From: Halocafeteria seosinensis
Taxonomy: Eukaryota
Assembly (NCBI GenBank): GCA_001687465.1
Contig: LVLI01000306.1
Coordinates: forward strand, 1-61,147
Direction: 5' to 3'
DNA: 61,147 bases
The number at the start of each line of letters is the position of its first letter. The first letter of the stretch is position 1. The translations under genes and the position numbers were made by a program. Shown piece by piece: positions 38,914 through 52,200 of the stretch. The notes under the pieces are model-generated. The model had not been told where the DNA came from, did not search any database, and saw only the letters and a program-made list of their open reading frames with translations.

Positions 38914-41538
38914 TCAATTCAACGTTGTAGAGCGCTGGCGTAGTTTGTTTGATACCGTAGCGATAAGCGTAGCTGACCCTGTAACTACCGCTTGCAATAA
39001 AGCGGGAGAAGCTTGCAAACCAAGCACCTTTACAGGATTGGCAGTATCGCGGATTCGAACAACTTCTCGAACGGCTCTAAGGGTACGAATGCATGATTCC
39101 GCTTCCCTTTGCATGCCAAACTTTTTCTCAACGCTGAACCGCCTCTGTGAAAGAAACCTTCAGCGTGGACAATAGCGTGGAAGTTACAAGCAGGGCTCTC
39201 ATCTGACTTACCGCCAGCTGCTCCAGCTTTAGGACAGCTTGGAGTAGAGTATCCTCTTGTTTGGATAGTTCCCCATTCGCAAGGGATCCAAGAATGATAA
39301 TTGTCGCAATGCATGCCATGAAAAATACAGTGACGAAAGCGTTTTCTAAGAAAAAAGTTCGATTTCGATTATTATCAAAGAATTCGTCCTGTCCCTCCTC
39401 GAAGAGCTGCAAAACAGGCTGCCTATATGGGATAATGCTTGCCAGGGGTGACAGAGGAACTTACTTGAATCACGATGACAATGTTGAGCACTATTAACAA
39501 GGACGCCATAATGCCTAGGTATAGTTGGAGTCGCAGTTGAAATCGATAGCCAATATCTCGCATAATTTCTCTCAAGCGATACCAAGAATATACATTTTCA
39601 GGCCAGCACACGTCCAAGAGAGGTGGGAACCACGACACCGACCCGGCAGCTGAACACTGGGACTGTCCCCAGACATTGACTGTCAGCATCCCTGAGTCAT
39701 TCTCTTTGAGTTCCTTGCCTTTCCCTCCCTCCCGGCGCAAGCGCACCCGAGTGGGACGTGTCAATGTTGTTAAACAAGAAGCTGTTTCATATCGCCGAGA
39801 GTAGTCGAGGACCGCAATCTGAAGTTCCAAAGAAGTACGCAACATGATGGCACAAGCGGAGTGCTATATAGTTGCATGCTTAGCCTGCTTACCACGACGA
39901 AAATGAGCATTGTGTGCTGCAGAAGATACCCACATATTATCAAAAGCACCATAACTGATGTATCGAACTTATCCTCAAAGGACGGTCCACGGAATTCATC
40001 ATCCATGTATGCTACTAGTATAGGAGATCCAACCCGAAATATGAAAACAAGAACTGAGAGCGCCAAAGAAATAAGTCTTTTACCAACGGGTGATTTGTGG
40101 CGGTACCATATGGCGACAGCCAGCTGTTCTGGATCCACCAATACTGAACCATCTGCACATTCTAGATTCTTCTTCACACCATGAGGAAGGGATTCCCAAA
40201 ATTGATGTTGATCTTTCTCGTTTCGAATGATGGGATTTTTCACGGAGTTTCCCATTTCTTCGGGTTCCGCACTTCCGTCATCCGGACACGACAACACCTG
40301 AGAATGGACGCATTACGCATGGAATGTGACCAATAACACAGCATATAGTAACTCCTGTGGGTGACTTACATCAGGTAGAATTTGCAATAGTTCGCAGCTG
40401 CAAGATATTGCTGTGTCCTTCAACCATAGCCCTGTTCTCGCTTCAGCCTGCTTTAATTCTAGCCTGAGGTTCGCGCAAGAAGGGTCGATCCATCCAGTCA
40501 AGAGCATAGAGCGACGATTAACCTCACGACCCTTATAGGCCGGTCCTTTAGATATATAACGGTACTCGTCTTTCGGCATGTACCCGTACTGCAATGAGGA
40601 CGAAGCAAACACATGTTCATGGTCCGTGTGGGCCCCTGAAGACTAGAGAACATTGACTTACCTTGATTGAGATAATTACAATCCGAAAGACATAATAGAA
40701 GTCCACCTGTAATTGCCGAAGTGTAATTTGAATTCTGGTGAGGAGAGAACTGTGTTAGGTACCTACCATCAGTACTTCGGCTGCCATAATGTCTTGCCAG
40801 TACCCATCGACAAATTTCCCTAAGATGACGATATTGAGGAAGATTAAAACCAGTGGAAACACGTGGACTGTCAATATATGTGGTACGTGTAAATGGAGAA
40901 ACTCGGTCTGAATAGCATAACAAGAAAAATACAGAGGAAATGAAACCCCCTTGATAATTGGTCATACGTACTGATTTCAAGAAGTCCAGGCCTTCAAACC
41001 ATGCCATGAATGGCAGCGAGATTGGGTAGAACGTGTGATAGAAGAACATTTTGATGGTCCGCTTCATATTGACGCTCACTTCATCATGCCATGCGATGCG
41101 ATTACCTGTTTCATCCCTTAATGATCGATACGTTCCAAGTTTGTCTCCATCGTCAGACGAGCCCCCACCTCCATCCTCGGAGACGCTGGCTGATCCATTG
41201 GTACCCCCTTGAGTGAAGTCGAGTACTTTGTTGGGGCAGGTGTAGTCATGTACAGCTTCAGACATACTCATGCGTCTTCGATACACTTTGACCGGATCAT
41301 CGTCTTCCGTCGTTACATTCTCCTCCTCGAGTGGATTCAGTTTCTTCTGTTTGCTCGAAGGCGCCTGTTTCCGTGGGCGTCGTTGGGGGAGCTCATCCTC
41401 CTGCTCCTTATTTCCAGGGAGCAAAGAGGTCGTCTCCTTGTTGCTGGAGAAGCCTTTGAACACGCAGCCCCTCTTTTTGGAGTTCGACGTTCCCCATTCC
41501 TGGGGTGTGTACGTCCGAGCTGAGCTCATCTCCAACAT
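38914..41538 (-). CDS. Multi-exon polytopic membrane protein, PHTF-like
   Basis: Several TM-rich exons. Motifs AVLDYSRR, PLLDVCWPENVYSWYRLREIMRDIG, IILGS and NPVKVLGLQASPALL resemble the PHTF C-terminal region. Start codon and some exon limits are uncertain. Confidence 0.6.
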
Positions 41539-41774
41539 TGTTATTGCCTCCAAAAAGGCACTCACTCATATACGAAGCAACAATCGATGCTAGTGCATCC
41601 GACAAAGACGCACATATGCAGACATGTGTATACTCCGTCGCCGACTCCGGAACTTCAACATCATCCTGGGGAGACGTACCCTACGTGGTAATGCAGGTTC
41701 AGTGCATTCACCTTTTACAGGTATGAGTGTCTATGCACATTTTATGAACGTCCATTTCTGTGTGAAAGAGAAGA

Positions 41775-43756
41775 ATGGATGACTTTTGGCGGGAGGAACT
41801 GGAGCATGGCTTCGACATGCCCTGCTTTACCGCGGGAGGCATCCAGATTCCAGATGGCATGGAGTTTATGATGGAAGATAATGCCGGACTGGGCGTTGCA
41901 TTGCATGATTCGGACAGTGGAAGTGACTTCAGTGAATTCGAATTACTGACAGGACAGCCTCCGTCGTCGTCAGAAAGACATGAAGGGCGCCGGAGAGTCC
42001 ATCAAGGACACCAAGACGAAGATGGTAATTGTACGTATCAACCGCGGTTATTCTGTCCCATTAGAGCTGTAACCGAACTCTGGATATATGAATACAGATT
42101 TACTCCCGCTTCCGCTTCATGAGCTCCGGCGAATTGCGATGCTCTGTGGAGAATTGGAGAGATTTGAACAACTGGACCCCGTCAGGGATATCGAAGTGTA
42201 TTGGAAGATGTATGAGATATTTCGCGATTGCATACAGACACCCCGCAGAAGGGGAAGAGGAGGCCGTGGACGAGGAAGAGGCGGAGGTAGAGGAAGAGGT
42301 CGTGGGGGTGGGGTCAGCAGGCAAACAGTTCAATACACAGTAGTGGCGCAGCGGGGTCATCAGGGCTCGAACAATGGTGCAGCATCCTCGGCGGGAGGAG
42401 GTCAAAATTCTATCGCAAATGCTGTCTGGACAATGGAGGAGAGACCGAATGATGAATCACGAGCTCGGTTGTGGCATCGACAACCTGAATTCTCTCACGC
42501 GGACGATCCGAAGATCAAGCCTGTTGGCCACGAGTTGGAGGAGCTAGTAATGAAAGTACGTAATGGAACCTGAGAGTCGCTAAAGTAATCGATATTGGGT
42601 CTTTGTTCACATGATTCTCAGTGGCATAACTCGGTGATAGATAAGTTACAAGTTTCTGAGCATAGAACTGTTCTACGTGCTTTGGATATTCTCGTCGGTA
42701 TCTTAGCGGAGAGGATGGGTTCTCCCAAAGATCGATTTGAAGTTAAGCCTTTCGGTTCCTACGTTACTGGATGTATGTTTCCTGATAGTGATCTCGACGT
42801 TTCAATCAATGATGCAAGAAGCCATCCTAAGAAAGTAAGTATCCATTGCATTGTGTTGTTCATAGTCTTCGTGATAGGAACGGCGCGCTTAGAAGTGATT
42901 GCAGACACTTGAAGCATGCCTTGCCGTGATGAAGGAAGAGTGCTTCCATGACGCTTGGGTAGATGTTGAGCATGTCAAAGGAGCACGGACTCCAATTATA
43001 AAGGCTGTGCACAAACAGTCTGGCATTAGAGTAGATTTGTCGTTTGACAATTATTTTGCCATCGACAATAGCAATTTGCTGCACGAATATTGCTACTTCG
43101 AATCCCAGTTGATGCCCAATACTCATATGGACAACGAGAATCGCTGCGGCTTAATTCATTTTATTTGCCGCGTGATCAAGCGATGGGCCGCTCAAAATCA
43201 GTTGAACGACCCGCAAGATGGTGGGCTGTCCAGCTATACCTGGCTCAATTTGGTGGTATTCTTTATGCAACAGTTGGAAATAGTACCCAATTTACAAAAA
43301 CCCCAGTCTGACGGAGTCCATCGGAAGGTTACGGTAAACCTTCGAAATGGAACTACAATCCGGTACCACTACAATGCGAAAGTGTCGGCGAATGCAGAGC
43401 AAATCGAGTTAGCCAATGCATTTATCGATCGTCCCGTGGAGCTTGTAAGAGCCTTTTTCGAGTATTATCGCTGGTTTCCCTTTGAGTTGTGTCCAGTTAG
43501 TATTGCTGCTGGAGAAGCGCTAGAGAAGGAAGGCATTGCAAGGGGATCAGACAAGTTTTGGATACAGGATCCTTTTCACAAGAAACGAAACTTGGCAATG
43601 TTTCTGGAGCACCACAGTGGAAAAGGCCGGAAGCAATTACAGAACGCCCTCATTCATGCCTGTGCCGTCTTTGAAGACGAGCAACTCACAGAAGAGCAAA
43701 AACTCGTTGAGCTTCTCGGAGACACTGACAAGGTCAGTGGAGGAGGCACGGCATAA
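41775..43756 (+). CDS. Cid1/TUTase-family terminal nucleotidyltransferase with an RGG-rich N-terminal segment, 4 exons
   Basis: Motifs PFGSYVTGCMFPDSDLDV, ARTPIIK, VDLSF, IKRWA, GGLSSY, FFEYY and IQDPF...NLA. Confidence 0.9.
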
Positions 43757-44034
43757 TACACGAAGAGGATAGGAACAAAGCACACATGATTGTGGCACCA
43801 CACCCTGCTGTACGCTTCTTGTGGTCTCGATAGGGTTAGCGTTAATTGAACTAACCAGCTATTATTTGCGTACCCAGCAGAACAATGTTATACATCTACT
43901 GATCACTGATTAGACTCCGATTCTGAGAGGAACTTCTGAAAGTTCCGTAGACTTCGCGGTACTCCACGAGTGCTTCTCCGCGCTAGCGACTGTCAGCAGT
44001 GTGAGACTCAAAGACTCTGACCCTCGGAGGCATA

Positions 44035-44512
44035 GGGAAGACGTTCGTGCTGCTATACCACACCATCTGGTATCACTGTTCAAGAGGTCGACTAGACGAG
44101 GAGCAAGGTCACACAGTGTTTCAGTGTTTCTACAGTTCAACATAGAGGTACAAATGGGGTAGTTCTATCTGCGAAGTTAGTGTTCCCGCCGAACCCATTT
44201 GTACTGATCGCTCCCATGGAGAAGAACTATATCAATTGTTGGATACAGCATACAGTCTCGCGCAGTATTGGTGCGATTGTCGTCATACCTGCTTGAAAGC
44301 TTCTCCAGTGGGCATCGATGGCGCATCGCATCTCCAAGCCGCAGAGTGTATGTTCCAGAAATCGGAATCTCGAGAAGCGCGCACTTAAGAACCTTAATCA
44401 CAGAAAAGTGAGCATAGACCAATAGTTCGAAGATATCGCGAGGGAAATACCACCGTGGGACTATCGCGTCCATGGAGAGTGGTGACTATTTGGAGTGGTG
44501 GATGCCTTTCTA
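44035..44512 (+). pseudogene. Decayed duplicate of the upstream region and 5' coding end of the adjacent ARM-PH gene
   Basis: Aligns with 45011-45525 (e.g. cgcagtattggtgcgattgtc and atcggaatctcgagaagcgcgcacttaagaaccttaa). The ATG context is now cagaaaagtgagc and there are many short deletions. Confidence 0.88.
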
Positions 44513-45402
44513 CTATATATAAATTGTAGAAGTCGACCTTAAATGTCTCCAGATGCGTTGCGTATTGTCGCTGACCATCGGAATAACTATTTGCCCCCAA
44601 GCTAGCAGACGTTAGCATTCCAAGGATATGTACACCAAACTTGCGCACCTCACTAGCCTGCTATTAGCCACACATCCACTGACTCCAATTCGATCGATGC
44701 TCTGTAAGTTTGCTACCCGGATAGATGATTTGCATGTGCAATCCCCACTCCCGAAACAGGCGGGGCCATGTAGTCACGCGTGGATGTGGTCCATCGCATA
44801 GAGACACGCTGAACGCATTAACCAATAAGCACATACGCTCTGCCGATCAGGTCTATTTGATTGGATGTCTGCTTCCCCTTGAGATGTGATTATAAGCGAC
44901 GGGCGAGTGGGATCAAGTTGAGCGGGGACTCCACAAAGGGAAGATTGAGCCGGCTCAGCTGGCGGCCAGCGGTGGGCGCGCGGAGATATACGGGTAGAGT
45001 CTATATTGGAGGGAAGACACCCGTGTTGTCATACCCTACGGTAACGCTGTTTAAGAGGTCGAAAAACGAGGAACAAGGCCACACAGTGTTTCTACAGTAC
45101 ATTGAAGTAATTCTATCTAATCTGGGCCTCGGTATTAGACTTGCGAAGTTCTTGTGAGCAGAGTGTTCTCGCCGAGCCCATCTGGTACAACCGCTCGCTC
45201 TCTATCCGATCTCATAAGGAAGAACTACATCAATTGGATACAGTATACAGCCTCGCGCAGTATTGGTGCGATTGTCTTCATTATACCTGCTTGGACGCGT
45301 CTCCAGTGGGCATCGAATCTAAGGCCGCCGAGTGTATGTCGCAAGTATCGGAATCTCGAGAAGCGCGCACTTAAGAACCTTAACTGACGATATCACAGAA
45401 AA

Positions 45403-48388
45403 ATGAGCGTAAACGCAATAGTTAGACGATATCGAGAAGGCAATACCACCGCGGCTGGGACTATCGCGTCCATGGGCAGTGATGACTATTTGGAGGGTTT
45501 CCCCGCGATGGTGGATGCCTTTCTAGAAATCGACTTCCGAGAGGCGCTGACCCGCGACCAAAGTATTCAGATGGCCCGACACGAAGAACAAGTTACTGCC
45601 TTCTTTGGGAATCTTTCTCATATTGCGGCATCCGAGCCGGAACGTATCCAACCTCTGGTTGAGAAAATAGGGCCTCTGGTCAGTTGGTGGGTGCACGTTC
45701 TTACCAACACAGAGCTATCTCTTCCGGGAACGGAAGCTGCTTTGCAACAAATTTTGGGCTGTTTAAACATGCTTTTGTCATATGCTAGAGTCGAGAATGC
45801 AGAGGTCGTCATCAAAATGGCTATCGATGGTTTGAAAGTCAAATCTGCTTCCAGTTCTGCAGCCTCAATAGTTACACAGTTGGCCCAGCAGGATAAGCGG
45901 GTTGTCAGTTCACATATGAATGAGTTACTGATAGCCCTAGAAAAGGAGATCGATGAAGGTGCTTTAAGCAGTCTACTGACTGCTATAGATGGTGTCTATC
46001 AACGTTGTGCGGAGGATGTGAACGAGCACATTGATACCATAGTAGACTATGCAGTTACCAGGAAGTCGGCGTCTATTGCGGGCTCTATGATTATAAGCAA
46101 AGTGGCTAAGAAGTTTCCACGACTGTTGTACGCGTTCGTTGAAGATCTTGTTTTGCTTCTTTCAAGGCAACATTGCGCCCGATTCATTCTGGGGGCATTC
46201 TCCGATATCGCCGCGCGGAATGCGCTGCTATTTGCTGATCATCTGGAAGAAATTGCGTTTGCTTCTGTTGAAACAGGACTGAGCCACGACATTGGTCTAC
46301 CAGCGGTGGGATATATAGGTAGAATCAACGAGGACAAAGCACAACAGGTGATGAAAACCCTCGTCGAATGGATTCAAGATGATGTGGATCCTGCAGCCAA
46401 CTCTAAGATTTTGGTTCAAATTCGAAATGTTGGCGGTGTTTACAAGAAAACTTTGGATCCATACGCGGGTATTCTGCGAAAACTCTGCTCTCATGGTGAC
46501 AGCGACGTGAAAGATGAGGCAACAAAACTTGTTGACTATTACGACGGAAAGGACCCCTATCTTCCGGATACGTTTCTGGATAACCAGGAAGATATCCACG
46601 GACGTCTTATAGAACTAGTGACTTCTACTGTAGATGCTAAGACTAAGGGTATCGAAGAGACTGTTGAAGATCTTGCAAAGAAGGCGGACCATCATGCGAA
46701 GGCCATCAAAGACGTTGAGGAAAAGCATTATGTTCTGGCGGACAATGTTACAGCCCATGGAGGCCGAGTGAATAAGCTGGAGCTACTTGCGAAAGAGCAT
46801 GATCGGAGACTGGAGAGTGTCGAAGAGTCAGTGGAGAAAATAGAGGAGGAGCTTGCAAATAGAACGGAGGAAATCAAGGGGTTTATTGCCGATGTTACGA
46901 AAAAGCTTCCTGTTCCGGTGTCTGTTGAAGCACGAGGAAAGATTAGAAAACGCATACGCCTTCGTTTTTGCTGTGCAGCTGGAACTAAGCCTGATTTCAT
47001 TTTAGAGTCGGTACACTGGACAAAGTGGCTGCGTGTCGTTGCTTCTGCTCTAAACACAGGGAAGAGCATTTTTGTCGGTGACATTGCCGGTACCGTTGGT
47101 GGGCTGTTGGAATGCTTCAAAGCATTGAAGCGGAAAGATACGGACCGTAGTGTCAAATTCGAGAATTTAGTGAAACAGCCTTTCTTGACTTCTGTTGAAC
47201 AGGACGAACTAATCGAGGGCCTTCGCAGTCAGGGATTCTTTGAGGAGTTCGAATACGATGCAAACTCCGCTTCATGGCGCAGAAAACCCAGGAGTTCTCC
47301 AGCCACATTCTCTGATACGGCCTCGTCCGCTTATGCGGCGAGAGAAGACGAGAGTGCTAACAATGAACACGATGATGCGACGAAGCATGTAGATGAACAA
47401 GAAACGCCCCCAGATGCAATCCCGAAAGAGGTGAAGAATAACACAGCGGACGTCGTGGAGCATTGCCCGACGACCGAGATGCCGTATATGTATGGCAATT
47501 CTCTTCTGTGCAAGGGAGTCTTCAAGAAAAAAGGGCAGGTCAGAAAGAGCATTAAGGAGAGATTCTATGAAGTCACTCCTGAAGCTCTGCGATACTATAC
47601 CGACAGCTCAAAAGAAAAACTGAAAGGAATCATATGGATGGAAAGCATCGCTTCTGTGGAGACGCTATCCGGCCAGTGGATTCGTCTTAATACGCCTGGT
47701 GTCCATGGGGGACACTACAGTATCCATGTATGTACGCTCATCACGCAATATCATAATTTTTCAAGACTTGTCACCTCTACCGTTGGTGGATACATGTACA
47801 TGTATGTCATGCAGGTACTAGATTCTGAGGAGTACAGTTTGTTTCTCTCTACTCTCAAGAAATATTGTTATTCGGTCACGTTGAAATCAGCGACGTTGTT
47901 GCAGGACTGCGCCATTTTTCGCCAGGAAGATCATGATCTAGACGACGCCATTTTCCATTCGGCGACTGCCGTCACCGAGGTATTCAACTACAGCTCATCA
48001 GGGCACAGGACGAACTGGTTCGGACCGGTCTTTAAAGTGACTGGATGGCTGCACAACAGATCTAGCAAAGATGGACTAGTACTATGGATAAAAGATATTC
48101 CTGGTAAGTTGAAGACTGTAGAATCGCACTGATGATGATCGCAGATAGCAAAAAAGAGCTATCATGTCGTTGTTTCCTTCAGAGAGTTTCGGGGACATTA
48201 CCGTTGAAGAATTGTCTATCGACCTCTCATTGGCGAACCCCAGGGTTAAATGGGATGAAGCATCCAAGCAGCAAGCAATTAAGCATCTTCGGAAACAATT
48301 TAAAAAATTTGACAAGAACTTGAGCCTTGTCGTTCTCGTTGACGAATTCAAGGAACACCTCCCTGTCTTGGACTTCCCCGGCAACTAG
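45403..48388 (+). CDS. ARM/HEAT-repeat, coiled-coil and PH-domain protein, VEPH1/Melted-like
   Basis: Helical-repeat N-half, then a coiled coil, then KKLPVP...LRFCC...KWL and PFLTSVEQDELIEGLRSQGFFEEF. PH-like KGVFKKKGQVRKSIKERFYEV...LRYY...KLKGII. Last exon follows an intron near 48104-48144. Confidence 0.65.
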
Positions 48389-49299
48389 TAGTACATCCAA
48401 GCAGCCTCGGACTATGACACCACGGGTCGGTCCATGAGCACTTGTGCGTTGCATGGTTAGGTTAGCCTTCGCCGCGTCCGTTCTGATATAGAAAACTACG
48501 AACTGTATTGTCAACTAATCAAACTTGAAATCCTCAAAGTACCATCCATACAGTAGGAACTGACTTTGGCTGAGAGGACTTCTGCACATTGTTGCGGCTA
48601 AACCTCTATCCACTCCCTCTTGCAGTTTTTTTCAAATACTAGGTAGGATTTGTAGTTTAGAAGAATCTACACGCCCACACGAAGACAAGAGGTATATGGA
48701 CGTCCCACATTCACCATAATCCACGTCGACAAGAAAGAAGTTACTCCAACGTGACAAGCGCTCACTGCAACTCTCCCTGTACCACCCTCTCATACTCATG
48801 CCATACTGGCATCGTTGCCCTACTTTGCTCAGTGCCCGTCCGTGTTTTCGCTTCGCTCAATTCCTCGACTCTGTGCGTTCGATGTCCTGACCTGCGGATG
48901 GTTCCAGAATGTTCGCGTGACGAGCTTGCGACCATTCCAGTGTGCGAGAATGGCGCTCTTCCCGTCATTTCTTGCTGTTTTCGTCAGCACCTGAAGGGTT
49001 GTTCATTTTCTATTTCCATTGTGGACAAAATTTCGAAGGATGGAGTGGTGGCTCCTAATTGCATAGTTAGGGACCACGGCTGAACCTAGAAGACCCGCGC
49101 TCTCCCTCCACACATTACGTTATCAAGAACCCGTGCTTTGCTTATTTGGGACCATATACGTACCCGGCTGCTTTCTATTTACTAATTCCGAGGAATAAGT
49201 TGATGGCTGGAGCGCATCTGTAGCGGCGACTGTACAGCAACTTCCTGAGAGCCTAAAGAGCTTAAGGCGCTTCTTTCTTTTACCCGTCGCAGACGAACC

Positions 49300-52200
49300 A
49301 TGGCAACTACAGCTGCCGCGCCAAGCGCGTCTACAGAAAGCAAAGGGCAGAATCGAAGTCCAGGACCCCCTCCTCGAATACCGCCTCCCCCTCGCGGTGC
49401 GCAGCAAGGCACTTCTTCCTCCACGGAGAATCAGAGTGGTTCTACCAAGGTGCCGAACCCGCCCAAACCCCCTCGAAGTACTTCAACGAAGAAAGTCACT
49501 CCTCCACCACCACCTTCAAGAGGAGGCAGCCAAGCTAGTACAGCTACCACACAGAGCAAACAAGCAGCGGAAGCTTCAACGGTCTCGACAACGAAGCGCA
49601 CACCTCCACCACCTCCCCGAGCCAGAGCTGAAGTTGGGCTTCAGGGGTCAGCTTCTGCAACACGTTCAGTTCATACCAAGAGTGAAACCGGAACAACCAA
49701 ACCGCCAACACCCCCTCCAACAAAATCTACGGGACCAACTCAGTCTAAAACTGCTGCAAGCGTCAAACAGACTAAACCCCCTTCGCCGCCTCCCCCACTG
49801 AAGTCTAATGCTCAAAGCAGTTCTCCTCCTCCACCGCCACCGAAAACCCGTTCACCACCTGTACCTCCAAAGTCTGCTGCTAGAACTACAACCTCTGCAT
49901 CGATCAGTCAAGATAGATCCTCTGCTGGCCCTCCTCCTCCTCCTTCTCGAAGCACTGTCCAATCTGAAGCACCGACTTCCTCGAGATCTACCACTCGGAC
50001 GAAGCCTTATCCTCCTCCCCCGCGCTCATCACCTGTTCCTCCGAAGTCTGTTGCCAGAACTACAACAACATCTACCAGTCAGGGTGGCTCCTCAGCTGCC
50101 CCCGATGCCCCTGCCAGCACTGATCGATCTGAAGCACCTTCCTCGAGTTCCGTCACGCGGAACAAGCCACCTGCCTCGCCTCCACCTAGCTCAAGTAAAT
50201 TCCCGAGCAAAGCACCCCCTCCTCCTCCATCTACCGGCAACACAAAAGCACCTTCCTCGCCCCTTAGCAGCAAAGGATCTCCTGCATCTGGTGGCGAGCA
50301 GAGATCCGAGAAGCCACCCCGTGAAGAGTCCGACTCTGGAGATGCCTCTTCAGAGACTGCTAATAGAGCTGCCAACAGCAAAGGCGGTCTACCAGTTCCC
50401 AAAAGGAGACAAGTCGGAGCACCGTTTCGGTTTGGGACGGAGGAGTCAGCGGAATCCGCTCCTGAAGAAGAATCTGAAGGAACAAGTGATATGTCTGCTT
50501 CACATGGAGAGTCTACAAGATCACACGTCACAGGCGCGTATCGTTATTCAGCAACCGGTTTAGCTAGTTCTTCAACAGAGACGCCGCACGCACCCTCCGC
50601 TTCAGCAACCAAGGGAGAGACTACAGGCGATGAGCACAGCCCAAAGGGGACCGCTAGCGCAACCATAGCCTCTGATGTATCATATTCTTCTCAAAGCACA
50701 AATGTGACGGATACATTGCACGAATTAGAAGAATCGACCGATGCAAACATCGCCGCAGGACAAGAGCCCGAGAAAACGGCTACGGAATCGACAACGGGCA
50801 GTGCTGATGCGCAATCAGGCACGGTTGCCGAAGGCGTTTCAAAGACGGTGGAATCAACTTCCCAACCTGGATCGTATGGCTCTAAAACAGCCGTTGGCAC
50901 TGAGGTGACTACTTCTTCTGAAAGAGAGACGCTCCATGCAACACAAAGTGCTTCTCAGAGCACTGCAGCAGAACGAAAGGATTCACGTCGAAGTCAGAAT
51001 GTATCTTCTTCAACAGCAGTAGCTCGAAACGACAGCCGACAGAAAGGATTTTCTTCGCTCAGAGCAGCCTTCGAGGGGAAAAAGGCAGCTAAACAGAAGA
51101 AGGAAAAAGTGAACGATGAATCGACTCACGAAGCGTCTACAACGAAGGGAACCAGTTCTGCTAGTGGTAGTTCTCCCAATACGCAAGTTCATGAGCCTAC
51201 ACGGTCTGCCCCAATCCATGTGGGCTTGAGTGCATCAGTCTCGTCGACAATTTCAAGTAACACAGCCAATTTTGTCTCCGAAGCCTTCTATACATCAGTC
51301 TCGTCGACAATTTCAAGTAACGCGGCCAATTTTGCCTCCCAAGCCTTCCAAACGGGGGATGCCTCTGTTCATTCGACCGCTGCGAGCGATACAGATGCCA
51401 GTGTGCAGTCGTCTAGAGCAACCATGACATCTTTGGGCAGTGCTGCCGTCAGCGACTCACCGAAGGCTTCAGCAGGAGACCGACCCACGGGAACCTCAGG
51501 TACTTCTACCGTTGTAGACAACACCACTTCTTCTCCTGGGATGTCCAATTCGCTGCCGCTGGCATCCTGGGCCTCAGTCGCGACCGCTCCAGTGGTATGC
51601 GCAACCAGCTCCACAACCATAATGGACTCCACAAGCAGTACAACGCGCAAGGAAGGTCACTTACAACGTTCTGAAACGTCCACTGCAGATGAGGTCGGTG
51701 AGCCGCACATTGCCTCGGCTTCTGCCTCGGTTTCTGGCACGCTAGTCCATGGGAATACCCCCAGCGTTGGGCAGAGCGGTGACCTAGGTACAAGCAGTAC
51801 AACACGCAAGGAAGGTCACTTACAACTTTCTGAAACGTCCACTGCAGATGAGGTCCGTGTGCCGCACACTGCCTCGGCTTCTGCCTCGGTTTCTGGCACG
51901 CTAGTCCATGGGAATACCCCCAGCGTTGGGCAGAGCGGTGACCTAGGTACTTCCGCACAGAGTACTACGACCAGTGCGGTTGAAATTGCGTTAGAAGAGC
52001 CAAACCAATCGGATGATGCTGCGTCTTCGCAACAGGGATCTTCGACGGCTACATCTTTTATTAGTTTGACTACTATAACTACGTATGTTCAGCAAGACGG
52101 TGCTATTTTCTCGGGAGAGACAGAAAATTCCTCGCACGGATCTCTCGTCGCGGATGATAGAGGTGAGAGTGGTTCTGATACGCTTACCAAGCAAAGTGAT

